Positions 1 to 13,292 of a DNA stretch of 64,000 bases are shown one piece after another; positions within the stretch are counted from its first letter, which is position 1, and each line of letters opens with the position of its first letter. The notes under the pieces are model-generated. The model was given only the letters and a program-made list of their open reading frames with translations, did no database searches and was not told where the DNA came from. The stretch is from Basidiobolus meristosporus CBS 931.73. Lineage: Eukaryota > Fungi > Basidiobolomycota. Location: contig MCFE01000142.1 in assembly GCA_002104905.1 (NCBI GenBank), positions 1 through 64,000 of the forward strand, given 5' to 3'. A program made the translations under genes and the position numbers.

Positions 1-1
1 C

Positions 2-870
2 TCCCAGACCATCCACCAGTATCTGCAGAAGAATAATCTCCAGCTATCCATTGCAAAGAGAGTACCTTTGGGTTGTCCTATCAACTTTGACAACTGCACT
101 CTACCTGCTCCAGTTTCTGCTACATATCTTGGCTTTCCTTTCCTTCCTACTGGACTAGACTCTGGAGCACACCTGAAGAGGAGAATTATCCTGGCAAGAC
201 AGGCACTCCACAAGCTACTGGCCGTTACTCCTCCTACAACTTCAGCTCCCAGCTGCCTCCTTCTACTCAATCAGTTTGTCTTCCCTGTCCTGGAATTTGG
301 CTTACCACTTCTCTCTCTTACTTCTAGAGACTGCACTAAGCTTAACAAGTTTGCAGTCTGGTGCATTACATCCCTGGTGCCTCATCTGCCTGAATGCCCC
401 TACAGACATGCTATTCTTGGTGCTTTTGGGTTTATGCCCTACAAGATCAAACTACTCTACCTTAGAGCCAGATTATATCTCAGACTTCACCACTGCAACA
501 ACCCACTGATCAAGACCTGTAAAAGAACACACCACGCTACACCTGGCTCCTGCTGGAGAACTATACTTGGAGATCCTGAAGTCAAGAAGTTTGCTCATTA
601 TATTCTGCAGTCAGAAAAACCCAAGCTGGCCTACCTGAAGTACTTGACAGACCTTTGGCAGCAATATCTGAAGCAGCACACTCCCTTTATGATGAATATC
701 AATTCTTGTGATGTTCCCCTCATTAATGTTGTTTACAAATCATTCTTACACCTCTTGCTACCCCATTCCCACTGAACAGTGTCTTGAGCACTGAAGAACT
801 ATCATCACTTCTTGTAAACTTACCTACAAATTCCCCTGAGCTACACACTCTTGTATCAAAGCTACAATGG
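2..870 (+). mobile_element. Non-LTR (LINE-like) retrotransposon, C-terminal part of reverse transcriptase ORF, degenerate
   Basis: Frame is open from base 2 to 775: ...NNLQLSIAK (RT motif 6-like), TYLGFPF (motif 7-like), then LKRRIILARQAL...LNQFVFPVLEFG, typical of the post-RT region of LINEs. A shifted frame continues to ~870. Very few CpG. Confidence 0.7.
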
Positions 871-896
871 TAGCACTGGCTTCTTTGTTTCAACCA

Positions 897-1033
897 AAAT
901 AAAGATTTCACCTGCTGGTGACTGTCTCCCCCCTAACCCTAGGAATAACTTTGGATTAACTTGGCTTCTTTAGATACTTATCATAAGTAAATAAAGATTT
1001 CACCACTTGGTGACTTTCCTCCCCCTAACCCCA
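897..1033. repeat. Two copies of a ~45-bp motif AAATAAAGATTT..TGGTGACT..CCCCCTAACCC, with a looser third copy at ~2128-2170
   Basis: Direct sequence comparison of 897-945, 988-1033 and 2128-2170. Confidence 0.55.
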
Positions 1034-1960
1034 GAGTTGGTTTGCTATGCAAGCTAGGCTTGGTGCTCTTGGGAGTGCTAGATATGCTAGGCTTGGGCAG
1101 AAGCTAGAATGGATTTGTTGAATTCTTAATTTTGCTGAGGCACAATCTTAATTTTGTTAAGACACCCACTAAACCAAAAGGTTCAGTAATCTTTATTTAT
1201 ATTTTTCTGATCTAGTTGAATTGGTAAGCACCAAGAGACTGGACTAATTAAAATCTGTTGGGGTGTTCATAGGTACATAAGGTAAATGAGAAATTGCATC
1301 ATTAATCAGCTGATGTCTTGGCAACTGCTAAGTGGTTGGATAGATTTCAGATGACTAATCACTTGGAAAGGCATAGCAGATCAGTTGAGGATGTAATGAC
1401 CACATAAAAATTGATCAGGTGTGACAGCAAAAAATGGATTCTGAGAAGTGATAAAATAAACCATAACTGAGATTAGTTTTGTTTGGGTTAAGGAAAATCA
1501 GTTAGGGTACTAGATTTTCTAACGGAGTAAAATAGCCTAAGTTTTAAGTGTTGATGCACAAAACACACCTAGTCAAAAGGTTCAGTAAACTTTATTTATA
1601 CTTTTCTGAACAAGTTGAATTAGTAAGCTCCAAGAGGCTGGATTAACTGAAATCAATTTGGGTGTTGATAGGTGCATAAGATAAATGAAAATTGCATCAT
1701 CAATCAATTGATATCTTGGTAGCTGCTAAGTGGTTGGATAGGTCCCAGATGACTAATCACTTAGGAAGTCTTGGCAGGTAAGTTACTACTGCCATGGCCA
1801 CATGGAAATTGATCAGGTGTGGCAGCTAAAAATTGATCCAGAAGTGGGATAAAATAAACCATAACTATGACTAGAAATGTTTGAGTAAGGGAAAATCAGT
1901 TAGGGTACTAGATTTTCTAACATAGTAAAATTGGCCAAGTTTTGAATGTTGATGCACAAC
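1033..1960 (+). repeat. Non-coding dispersed repeat 'R' (~530 bp) followed by a ~400-bp tandem partial duplicate
   Basis: CAAAAGGTTCAGTAA at 1175 and 1574; CAGTTAGGGTACTAGATTTTCTAAC in both units. An inverted homologue lies at 34494-35000. Confidence 0.8.
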
Positions 1961-3277
1961 ACCCTTCTTCCTGAATTTTGATCCTTCCTTCTCTGCTCCT
2001 CTTAACTCTTTTAATTCACCACTCTTGCACCCCATGTCTTTCCTACTTGCTTGATGTTCAGTTTAGGATTGTTAGTTAAGGTACTTACATCCCTGCTGAC
2101 TTTTTATTTGCATTAGTTTAGACTGCAAATAAAGATTTTGCTAACTCTTAATAACTTCCCCCTCCTCCAACTCAATACGTACCTTTATACTGCATATTTA
2201 TCAGCCAAGCTCCCCAAAACTGAGGATGTGTCACAGTTATATAATGGAATAAGAAATTTTTGATATGATGCAAACAACGATTGACCATATATCAAGCAAA
2301 AAAAATACTTTCTTGGCCTACCGGATCACAAATATTAATTGGGATTTGGTAGAAAAGAGAGATTTTGTAAGTAGTAGGAGCTCAGTTAAATTCTTTGAAT
2401 CCAGTGATATCAGCACTTAGAATTTTGTGGTGTTGTAATTAGCAATTCTGAGAATATAAAAATCGTTGACGAAATGGATTTCAAAGTCAGAGAGTACCCT
2501 AGAAAATCATTATTTGAAATCAGGGTTGATTATTTGAGGTGTTATATCCAATTCCTGAGTAGCCCGTGTGAATACCGTATGGGAAAGTTGTACACCACAA
2601 TACCATCGAAGTCAGGCCCATTGGCTAGTGTTTGACGTACTTGAGTTCGAGCCCACCTTGACAGGACGGGAGTCAAATACTTGGGCAGGATCCTGCTACT
2701 TCCTGGGCTGATCTGATTTGCAATGGCACTTTTACCAGCCTGCAATCATCTGGTCTTTTAGAGGATCAGAGTTTATCCCATCTAAATTTTAGCCGATTTC
2801 TTAATTATCTACCAATTAGCGGACGTCTTGCAACTCTCAGTGTATTGGCATGGGATTACTAACAATCCTTCACAAAAGGATTTGACGATACACCGTGTCA
2901 GACTTCCAAAACTCTGGTTAGTTCTGTGACTGTCTTTTCGCAATACATTCTGGCCATACTGCACTTGACAGCACTTGAATGCATATGGTTACATTTCCTC
3001 GTCATTGCCGATGCTTAATATTCCCTTTCCGGCGGGGTGGGTGACGTTTGATGATGAATCATATTTGAAATCATTGATCTCAGGTCTTGGACGAGCACGC
3101 TTTCCTAAATTTAGATCCGATGTGGCTAATTGGCTACTCGAGACATATCTCACGGTATCACAAGTGCATTTAGTTATGTGCTCTAGACTAGTTATATCTG
3201 AAATGGCACTTGTGTTCAAGAAACAATAAACTTCCCAAGTGTCATATTCACTCTATAGCCTTTATGCCTCGCACATC

Positions 3278-5504
3278 ATGGTGACATACCGCAGCTCGAA
3301 GCAATTTTATCGACGAACTCGAAGAAAAATCCAGGATGCATGCGCGACAAAGTTAACGTTTTTTAGAGTACATTTCTTATATTTTGTTGTTACGATTTTC
3401 ATCTTCTCCGGGTTATTCTACATCGATGGTCGGCAACTGCCTTACATCGACGCCTTATTCTTTTCAGCCTCAGCCATGACACTTACGGGCTTGAACACAT
3501 ACAATGTGTCTACTTTTTCCGGGTATCAGCAAGCATTGCTATTCATTCTGATGATTATGGGCTCTCAAGTATTCGTGTCCTTGGGATTAGTACAAATCCG
3601 AAGGTTTTGGTTCAACCAGAAGTTTAAAGAGATCGTGTCCGAGGTCAGAAAGCACACAAAAGAGGCAAAGCTCACACGCCGGAAATCAGAATATAGGTAT
3701 CCGCTAGAGCCCACACAGGGGCCTACTCTGTTGCCAGAGAATCAAATAGAAAACCTTCGGAATAGCGCACTGGAGAATATATTCCGACAAGAAGGTACCA
3801 GACGACGACAATCCATCAGTGCTTTCAAAGAACCAGACAATCCAATTAGAAACGATGGTGAAAACGAAGACCCTGAGGTCAACGATACCATCCACACAAC
3901 AACGGGCAGATCCATCAGTTATGCCCCAGACGTCGATAACCAGCGAGATTATGCTCGTTCAAAGAGGCCATCCTTGATACCGCAAACCCAAGAGCAGCCG
4001 TCTTCCTATGACAACAGTGATTTTGTGAACCCGATGGTGCGAACAGACACTGCATACACCACTGCTACTCTGCAGCTGCCACACAAGGAGAAGATGGCGC
4101 TAGGAGGCTTGGAATATCGGGGATTGCTGAAACTTCAAACCATACTGCCATTGTATTTTGTCGGATTCCAGCTGGTGATCGCTTTACTCATTCGTCTTTG
4201 GTTTGCGCTATCCCGCGAGGTCACGGCGAGCACTCTTACCAACAACTCCAACGAAAACCCGACCCCAGTGAACCCATGGTGGTTCTCATTCTTTATTACA
4301 ATCTCGGCCTTCAACAACGTAGGATTTAGCCTGGTGGATCAAAACATGGTGCCCTTCCAAACACGATCCGTGTTTCTACTCGTCTGCCTATCGGTCCTGA
4401 TCCTAGTGGGAAACACTGCCTTTGCGTTGACCCTGCGGCTAATCATCTGGCTACTGTGGAAATGTACGCCGAAGGCGCACACAATGCGGAAAAACACATA
4501 TAGATTTCTACTGGACCATCCTCGTCGTTGCTTCACCACGTTGTTTCCACGGCGCACTACCTGGCTACTGTTCATTGTACTAATCGTACTGACTCTGATA
4601 GACCTACTCTTCTTTCTTGTTCTGAATTTGACCAATGAAGAAATAACTGTCCTGTCGTGGGGGGATCGTGTTATGGACGGGCTCTTTCAGGCATTCGCCA
4701 CAAGAACTGGCGGGTTTGCAGTCGTTGGGATGGCTGGCCTCAATTCCGGGCTGTTGGTGTTGTATACGCTCATGATGTATGTTGCGGTTTATCCGGTCGC
4801 CATTTCAATGCGTCACACGAATATCTATGAGGAGCGCGCAATTGGGGTGTATCAGGAGCACGAAGGCCCGCAGTTTGTCGAGGATCCGTCGGAAAATAGC
4901 GCACACGGCATGTCCCAGGAAGATGAGCATGCAGCAACTGCATCCTCCCATCTGCTGCTAGGGAAGATGCAAAATCACAACCCGGCATTTATCCTTGGGA
5001 TGCAGCTGCGCAGACAGTTGTTCAACGATGTTGGCTGGATTTTCATCGGGCTGTTCATCATCTGCAGCATTGAGTCGGACAAGATACAGAAAGACATCAA
5101 TATATCAGTGTTCAGTATATTGTTTGAGATAGTCTCTGCCTATGCGAATGTTGGGGTTAGTCTTGGATACCCCGATGTTATGTATGCACTCTCTGGGAAA
5201 TTGAGCACCGCCTCGAAGTTCGTAATACTTGCCATCATGGTGATAGGGAGGCACAGAGGTAGTCATTCACGGATATCTCACAATCAATGAAACTAACACT
5301 CTATTTCCAGGCCTTCCGCAGGCGGTCGACCGCGCTGTGATGCTTCCATCGGAGAAGCTGCACGAAAAAGAGCTTGAGGATGTCTTGTTGCGGCGTCCTT
5401 CGATAGGGAACTTCACAACGCTTAACCAGAATACCGTTTACACCACTCCATCTCTCCGTCGCCACCCGATGATGCCGTTGCGTAGGGTAGCTACGAACGC
5501 CTGA
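3278..5504 (+). CDS. TRK1: Trk/HKT-family K+ transporter (exons 3278-5258, 5311-5504)
   Basis: Four MPM pore loops (SAMTLTGLN, SAFNNVGFS, ATRTGGFA, SAYANVGVS), plus FLLDHPRRCFT and YVAVYPVAISMR. A 52-nt GT-AG intron with CTAAC restores GRHRG|LPQAVDRAVMLP. Stop TGA at 5502-5504. Confidence 0.93.
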
Positions 5505-6384
5505 TGTGGCATAGACCAGTGTTCAAATGCCAGGCAACCATCCTGTAGATTATACTCAGCCTGATCACCACATGTGTATAGCTTCATCTGCATCCTTTTG
5601 GTTAATTTAAGTAAAATCTGGATCATCATTACATGCCTGCCTGCTTATCTAGCTAATCTGCCATCGAATTGTTCGTATTCGGATTCAAGATCGCCAAAGC
5701 CACTCAGCTACAATATGGCTCAGAGCCTGGCAATCACATCTTCTCCTGTGCGATACAAAATGGTCGCTTTAGTCTAGCATCGTTGATTGATAGGCAGCAG
5801 CATATAGTTGAGCAGCATGTAGTTGTATGGCGTACTCAGTTCCAAGGCAACTGCCCGGTCCCACATGTATATTCCTTGGAACTGCTGACCAGAAACGGCC
5901 AAAAGTTTAGTCTGCAAACCCTCCTGTGCACACCAGAGCCGAATAAAACTGGGGTCTCACTTCTCCATAGCAATCTTTGCAAGCATCGATGATCTGTAAA
6001 TCGGCCGTCCAAGCCACCAGATTCCTATCGAAGCTGCCAAATAAGCTGAATGGCCCTTAAAACGAGGCTTGGTAGATATATACAGATCTGAGCAAGAGGC
6101 ACCCTTAATCCATGCTTACATCGGCTGCAATATTTGGAATCACCAAGGGCCAGGTTATTGGACACCGGCGTAAACAATCGCATGGGTCCTCAATGGAATC
6201 ACAGTGCCTGTGTGGCGACCATTGGGCCTTTGTAAACGGTTTGAGTCATCTGTTGTCTGGTCTAACGGTTGAGTGAGGGCGAAGGCTCACGATCACCCAA
6301 TCGTGCTACTAGCTAGCTTAATCCATATGACATCGATACTACGGGCCAAGTCATGGTCTCTGAATCTCAATACTCCTCAGATAC

Positions 6385-7002
6385 TCATACCAACGCGGGG
6401 TGCACGATGGGCAAATCCAAAACAATCGTTGGGGCAAAGCATGCTTCACTTAAGACTCTTGTGGAGCCCTGTGTGGTTGGCTGGCTCAAGGGCGGACAAA
6501 TTGTTGGAGGTAGCTTATGTAAGCAGTCAGTCATCCGGTCGGACAATGTGGGCGGAATAAGCGACAGTGTCGTCACCTGAATGGCTGTCTCAAGGACTGT
6601 GTGATGATCATACTGAATGCTGACATCGAATCGTAATGATGATGCCAGATTGGACCCGATGTTGTGAAACAGGACTGTTTCTTCAGAAAGGGGTTGAGTA
6701 TGGTTGGATTGTCGAAGTGAGCAACTGACGGCTTCCCGATAGACGAAGGGAGCAAATAATTCAGGGCTAGTGTGTAGGCCTATGGGAAACTTGGAGTAGG
6801 GGATCTCGCTTTGGCCTCCTGAGCCACAAAAGCCTGTTCTGCCCCTGTAGTGGATTGTGGAATGGAGGTTCTCGGAAAACCAATGACCGTCTAAATAGAG
6901 CTCGTATGAAGCGGCACCATTCCGCGGGGTAGATGGGACACCCTAAGGAAGACCGATATACTGCATGCACACAAGGCACAGCTAAACAATCAGACATTTC
7001 AT
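6385..7002 (-). other. Candidate unannotated exon or pseudogene: 186-codon stop-free frame (6942-6385) with possible leader from ATG 7002
   Basis: Manual translation; the frame begins right after an acceptor-like TCTTCCTTAG. No family recognised. Confidence 0.3.
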
Positions 7003-7592
7003 CGAATCCACTGTTTCAGCACTGGTACTCAATTATGAGGCAACGATGGGGATCCAAAGGGCTCTGAGCAGCGGTTTTATTCGGACCTCAGTGCCTCAAG
7101 CGCATTATCCTTTGTTCCCCTTTTAGTCCATTATTATTCATTTTGATATTGGATGGGTAAATAAAATGAACATGCCACTGTTGTATGTGCTGCATACTTT
7201 GGATGGCATTTGCCAATTGTCGATGTTAATAGAAGTCCCCCGATCACATTGATTCACGGGGATTCATTTTGGGCTGCTCTCTAAAGCCATGTATAAAACC
7301 TGCAAGCTCGCCGCACCTCTCCATAGCATCCATTGGAGTGCATTTGTCCTTGATTCAGTGATTCTATCGACCTCGCACGCTTTATCTGATATCCCGAATC
7401 CTGCAGACGCCAATCGATTCTATTAGCCCCAACTCCCACTCGGGCCGCTCCAGTAGCCCGTTCCCCACCAGCATCCCCAAGGTTACTTTCTTTTAAGAGC
7501 ACCGCCAGCGACGGTTTCGAATTGCCCTACTCACTGGATAGTATCCCCGTCAGTCGCTTTATTCAACCTTCTTGGGATATTGTGCACCAGCC

Positions 7593-8894
7593 ATGGGTTG
7601 TTGTATCAGTCGTGAAGATTCAGAGGAAAGGCGGAAGAATGAGGAGATTGAGTGCCAAATAAAGAAGGACAAACTATCTCTAAGAAACGAGGTCAAGATG
7701 CTGCTTTTGGGTGAGTCCATGATCAGCAGCGCCCATGCGCCTCCTCTCTAACGTTTTCTACTCGTAGGCGCCGGCGAATCAGGGAAAAGCACCATTCTGA
7801 AGCAGATGAGGCTGATCCACAATGGTGGATATAGTGACGCCGAGAAGGAGGCCTACAAAGAGATCATCTACTCGAACACCATACAATCGATGAGGGTGAT
7901 TCTAATTGCCATGGAGACGATGAGTATTTCATGCTCGATCCCGGAAAACTGCCAAAATGCCCGGCTGATCTTGGATTTACCAGTTGACCCCTTGCTGCCC
8001 AAAGAGGGAGTGCTCTTTCCGCCGGAGGTGTCGGAAGCAATCCGGCTCTTGTGGACCGATGAGGGGGTTCTGAGCTGCTTTAAAAGGTCCCGGGAGTATC
8101 AGCTCAACGACTCCGCCAAATAGTAAGTATACAGCCTCATTGTTTATGGGAAGTCTCCGCGCTAACTATCCCTCGGAAGTTATTTCGATGCAGTGGAGCG
8201 GATTGCCCAAGCAGACTACATCCCCAGCGATCAGGATGTCTTGAGGTCCAGAGTCAAGTCGGCAGGAATTAACGAGATAACGTTCAGTATGGACGAGCTA
8301 CTCTATCGCATGGTTGATGTTGGTGGGCAACGCTCAGAGCGAAAAAAGTGGATCCACTGTTTCGAGAACGTCACCGCCATCGTATTTATGGTGGCCATTA
8401 GTGAATACGATCAAACACTAGCTGAGGACGATACAGTGGTGAGTAGGAGCCGTGCCATGCAGTAAATCCACTGAAACTAACCCAATTCGCCAGAACCGCA
8501 TGCAAGAGTCGCTGACTCTATTCGATTCAATCTGCAATTCACGCTGGTTCGTAAAAACTTCGATAATCCTGTTCCTGAACAAGATTGATCTATTTAGAGA
8601 GAAGCTGCCAGTTTCTCCCCTGAGGAAAATCTTCCCAGACTACCAAGGTAACCTTAGCTGGTGTACATGATGGTCCCAGCGCACCCGACTAATCTTGGCT
8701 TTCCAGGTCCTGGAAACTACGAGGCTTGTTGCAACTACATCATGGAGCGATTTGTGTGTTTAAACCAAACGAGCACCAAGCAACTGTATGCCCATTTTAC
8801 CTGCGCAACTGATACGGAACAGATCAGATTTGTGATGGTAGCAGTCAATGATATTGTAGTTCAAGGGAATCTCCGGGACTGCGGTCTGTTGTAG
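7593..8894 (+). CDS. GPA1: Heterotrimeric G protein alpha subunit, class I (Gi-like); exons 7593-7710, 7768-8122, 8180-8438, 8494-8647, 8707-8894
   Basis: MGCC lipidation start, [33 protein letters not shown] and C-terminal DCGLL. Four 55-59 nt GT-AG introns keep the frame. The symbol is a family-level label. Confidence 0.95.
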
Positions 8895-9690
8895 AAGACC
8901 GCGATTGGAACCTGAATCTGGATATTCAAATGGCCGATTCCTAATCTTCACTTCGCATATTCTCCATGCATGTGCCCGATGCAACCATGTATTTCTTGTT
9001 GATACAACGAGGTCTTGCCCATTCGCCCCCAAAATAACTGACACTCAGCCCCCTATACCACCTAACCACACCAGTCACGACATCATCCCCTATCTTTACC
9101 TTTCATTGTATTACTAGCCGTGAAGCAGCCCATTGCTTTGCAAGATCACTCGAGTGATAAATGTTTGTGTCAGGGCGGCCAACAAGAAACAGCCCTCAGA
9201 CCAATAATCCTTCGCATCGCATAACGCTTAGGAATTCCAATGAACGGTTCCGACCTGTATACCTTCGGGGTTGCACATTGTGGACGTTGATGGTTTCCGT
9301 AAATTAAGCTTTTGGTTACTTTATTGATTATTGTTCTCCATTCTACTTTGGGTCTTTAATATCCAAATACAACTAATTACCAGTCTCACACATGTCGGTC
9401 ACATTACATACATGTTCTTTCTGGGTTAACTTGAGTTATTTCTCCCACCTGGAATGGGGAAGAATTAGTAGGAAGCTTCATTGAACACAAACTCTGCTTC
9501 TGTATTATATGTTAATGCTGTTTATAAGGAGGTTGGTGATGAAAGGGGCCAACGGTGGATGGGTTGCATCCGTTGTGATATGTACATATAGCGGGTCCAT
9601 ATAACGTATCTTAATAATGGGCCACGGCCAAAGGATACCATTCCATAAAAGGTGAGATGGATTGGGATAAAAGCGGTGTGTGACTATTAC

Positions 9691-11252
9691 TTATGAGTGA
9701 ATGGAAAGTTGCATCGAAAACTTGTGTCTCTTCACCCCTGCCTTGCCACTTGAGCGCCGCTTTGTCGAAGCGCTGATCACCCTCGTGACTTGTGGTGATG
9801 AACGGTAGGTGAGATGCTCGAAGATCCTGGTGTATGGCGATAACGTGTGATTTGAATTCATCAGCGAGGCTAGTTGGGCGGCCAGAGCATTATCAGAGGG
9901 CTGAAGCATTATCTCGGTTTCCGCAGCAGGAGCGTGGAACATATCGGCGTGTTCCATATAATGGCCAGCCTTGGGCTTCGACACAATCGGTACCCGAACG
10001 GCAGGCATATCTACAGACTCTCTCGACGCGTCGAGTGGAGGGGCAGAGTACTTGACTCGTCTTTTGCGCGTGGCACCCGGAGTGAATTTATCGTTGGTGT
10101 ACTTTTCAGACTCCAGAAATGCTGGCAATGAAAGAGTAGAAGCAGCTGAGGATGGTCGTGGCCTTCCATTAGGTGTTCCACAGAGGCTGTGTGAATGATA
10201 TATGCGCGGGTTCGACTTCGAGGTAAACAGATCTCCAGAGTCGAAGAGCTTCTTCAATCCTTGCTCCTGATGCAGACCACTAAGGTTGTAACATGCCTCC
10301 GGAGATGGCGTAAAATAGCCGGATTCGTACCCTTCGTCACTGAAATCATCGTTGCCTCGCCATCTGGTGATATCAACTGTTAATGAAGAAACGCCACAGC
10401 TATCCTGTGGTCTACTGTGCGTGTTGGGCGAAGTGTAACCCAGTTTGCCAGCATACGGCGACCGATCAGGTACGGGGGAAACACTCGATTCTTCAAAAGG
10501 CACGTTCTCGGGGTTGCTGTTATTTTGCCTGTTCAAATACTTCTGCGATAACTCATGTACAATGGTAGGCAATTCTTCCTGCATCATTTTGCGCATTTGA
10601 GTCTCAATTTCGCGTTGCAAGAATTCCCGGATTGCTGGAACGTCATCAAATGTCGAGCTGACCTCAACGTTCTCAAGCGGGTCATTTTTGAAGACCAGGG
10701 TTACCCCTTTGTGCTTGTTGATAACCAACACGATGATCCCGCGTAGGCGTAGCTTTCTTAAACTCAGCAGCATTGGCACCACCAGAGGCTGGTCAGCAGC
10801 AAGTATACCCCATCGGGAACCAATGGACCCGAATATGGACCCGCTCTGCATGGAGTTCACCGGATTGGCCTAGGTTGGGTCGATGAGTAACGTAGGACTC
10901 GCTTCTCGTTAGGCAGGAGTTTGTGGAAGTACCTGGACTTGGGTTTGCAGCACCACGTAGGCATCACCACTGTATACAAGCTTGAAAATCCCGCGGAATC
11001 TATCTTCTGCTAGTTCACCGATTTCCAAAACTTCAAGCTCAGGAGGCTATGGGGAAAACCGTTTAATGAGGGCGCTGTAAGCGAGGATAACCCGTTGTCC
11101 TTTACCGTTGTCCCAAGATACAAATCTTTTACTTTTATTTGCCCAACAATATTTGCGGGTTTGGAGCCTTTGTTTAAAGCAATAGTTAACAGTTGTTTGG
11201 CTTCTTCCAAAAACTCATGGTTGAATTCGGTCCAGTTAAATTTAAAGGCCAT
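9691..11252 (-). CDS. MDM34: ERMES subunit Mdm34 (SMP domain + disordered tail); introns 11047-11105 and 10870-10932
   Basis: [27 protein letters not shown].|[42 protein letters not shown]. Confidence 0.92.
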
Positions 11253-13292
11253 ATGCAAGGTTTAGAGGGGAATTGGTGGCCCTAGAGAGAAGTAAAAACT
11301 TCAACTAAAGGGTGATGAGAAGAGGAGCAGATTGAAAGGGTTGAGAAATACGGGATCTCAGGCCGTGAGGGCCAACAGTCGATGCTACGGGAGTTTTTAT
11401 ATCTCCTGGATGACGGGGATCGCTCGGGAGACGGAGAGTGGTGGTGTCAATAAAAAACTCGATGTAATGATGCATATTTTCCTCCTGAGCCAAGATTAGA
11501 TAAGACAGGATATTTATCGCGGCTCTTGCCAATGGGTCATTTCAGATTGAAAGCCGATAATTTACTGGGCAAGTGCTCTAGAATCTAGGTTGATCAGTGG
11601 AGAGCCATCCATAAGCGGAAGCCAGTCATTGGCACCATTTGCTGTAGCATCTGCATGGAGTGCTACACGAGGTATGGTAACCACAACGATCAACAATTTT
11701 TTGTCCCTCATCATCGACAGTCTAGAATTCCTTCGCCCTCAGCACAATACGCCTCCACATAAACAGCAGAGAAGTGTGGAGGCCACGAACAATCCCATGT
11801 TTACGGAAAATATTACAGAAACTCACTGAAACCAGATTCTGGGGGGTTGAAAATCAACTGGATCCACACTGGAATTTCCGCTAGACCATCCTTTGTTTCA
11901 GCTAAACCCGTGCGATCCAAGGGGATTTCAGGGATGTGTTTGTTAGGTTTCTGAGTGGCTTAGGGATATCCAGGTGACAGCCAAGAAGAGAAATATTGGA
12001 TTTCCTATTCCAGCAAGCCTTGGAGCCGCTCTCCTCGATGCTACGTAGCGGCACATCTTCTACGCAAGACTCTACATCCAGCTTTGATCTTGGGGTTCGA
12101 CCTTACTCCGCGAGTCCGGCGAATGGCGAAGAGCTGTTCGATGGGGATATACTAAGGGAACATTGGTGGGCCATTTAATCCCGGGTAAACCAGTATTCAC
12201 ATGTAACTGCAGGTATTCGAGGACTAAGTGCTTAAGAAAGCAACACTGGTATCACAGCCCTGGGCCTATTACGAATGCTAGACCGACGTTTTGTACTAAT
12301 CTGGAAAAATCACCACTCATACAAGTTTAGATCAAGTTACGTATGGCCCGGGATAAATTCAAAAGACCGTATGGGCCCGTCAAGGGTCTCGAATTCATCA
12401 TCCAAAGGTACTAGTGCGAATTGGTCATCGCGGAAGCTTGGGTGATTTGGAGCTGGCTGCTGTGGACTTCCTTGCCTCTACATAAATGCAATAGTCAAGT
12501 AGAGCCCATGAGTCTGTAATACCAGTCAACGCCGTGGCATTAGGCAACCGGTTCTCCAGTTATGGATTGCATCTGGCACATTATACATTGGCAATTCCAA
12601 CCGCTATTTCAACGTTATGAGAGGACCCTATCCTTGAATGGCTTGTGTATCATGGGGCCTCCCATGACGCCCAGAACCATTTTATTCTTTACACACCCAC
12701 AAGGTTTCCAAGCTGTCCAGCGGATCCCGGTATTCTTGATGCTCATGGGACAGTTGTTTCAATTCCTCCTATCATCAAGAGAAAATTCTGGCTACCCCAA
12801 ACATAGGCTAATTTAGGTGTTTCTCGAATTCTGAGCAACCATCATGCTCTGTTTATTGTTTCTGGCCAAGTAATGAAGATCCGCTCTGATGCAGGAGTGG
12901 GACTGTCTACAAAGTGGGTTTTACCCGAGTGTGTTTTTGTATCGTGGCTTCATGGTAACTCTTGCTTGAATGACGTCTACTCTGCAATGGATCAGAGGAA
13001 CAGTTGGCGGAAAATCAACTCCGATTTACATGGTGACCGCTGATGTCTGTCATGAGTGTGGGGTATTTTCGAGAAGTATGCAGCCTAGCCTCTGTTGGGG
13101 TACGATCCTTTTCCGATCCCCCCACGCCAATGTCCCTCGCACCAACCCACGCTCCAATACTTTTTCAAACAATTTCTGGTAATTTATTTAGGAATAAGAT
13201 GATACAATTCGGTACCTTGTGGCTTCATGATCTAATGAAGCACACAATGATCAACTCTGGGGCATAGAACTAAATATTAGACAAGTATACAA

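Noticed and set aside
3440-5170. Na+-selective HKT-type filter in the Trk protein
   Set aside because: All four pore loops keep the signature glycine (G-G-G-G), as in ordinary K+-type Trk
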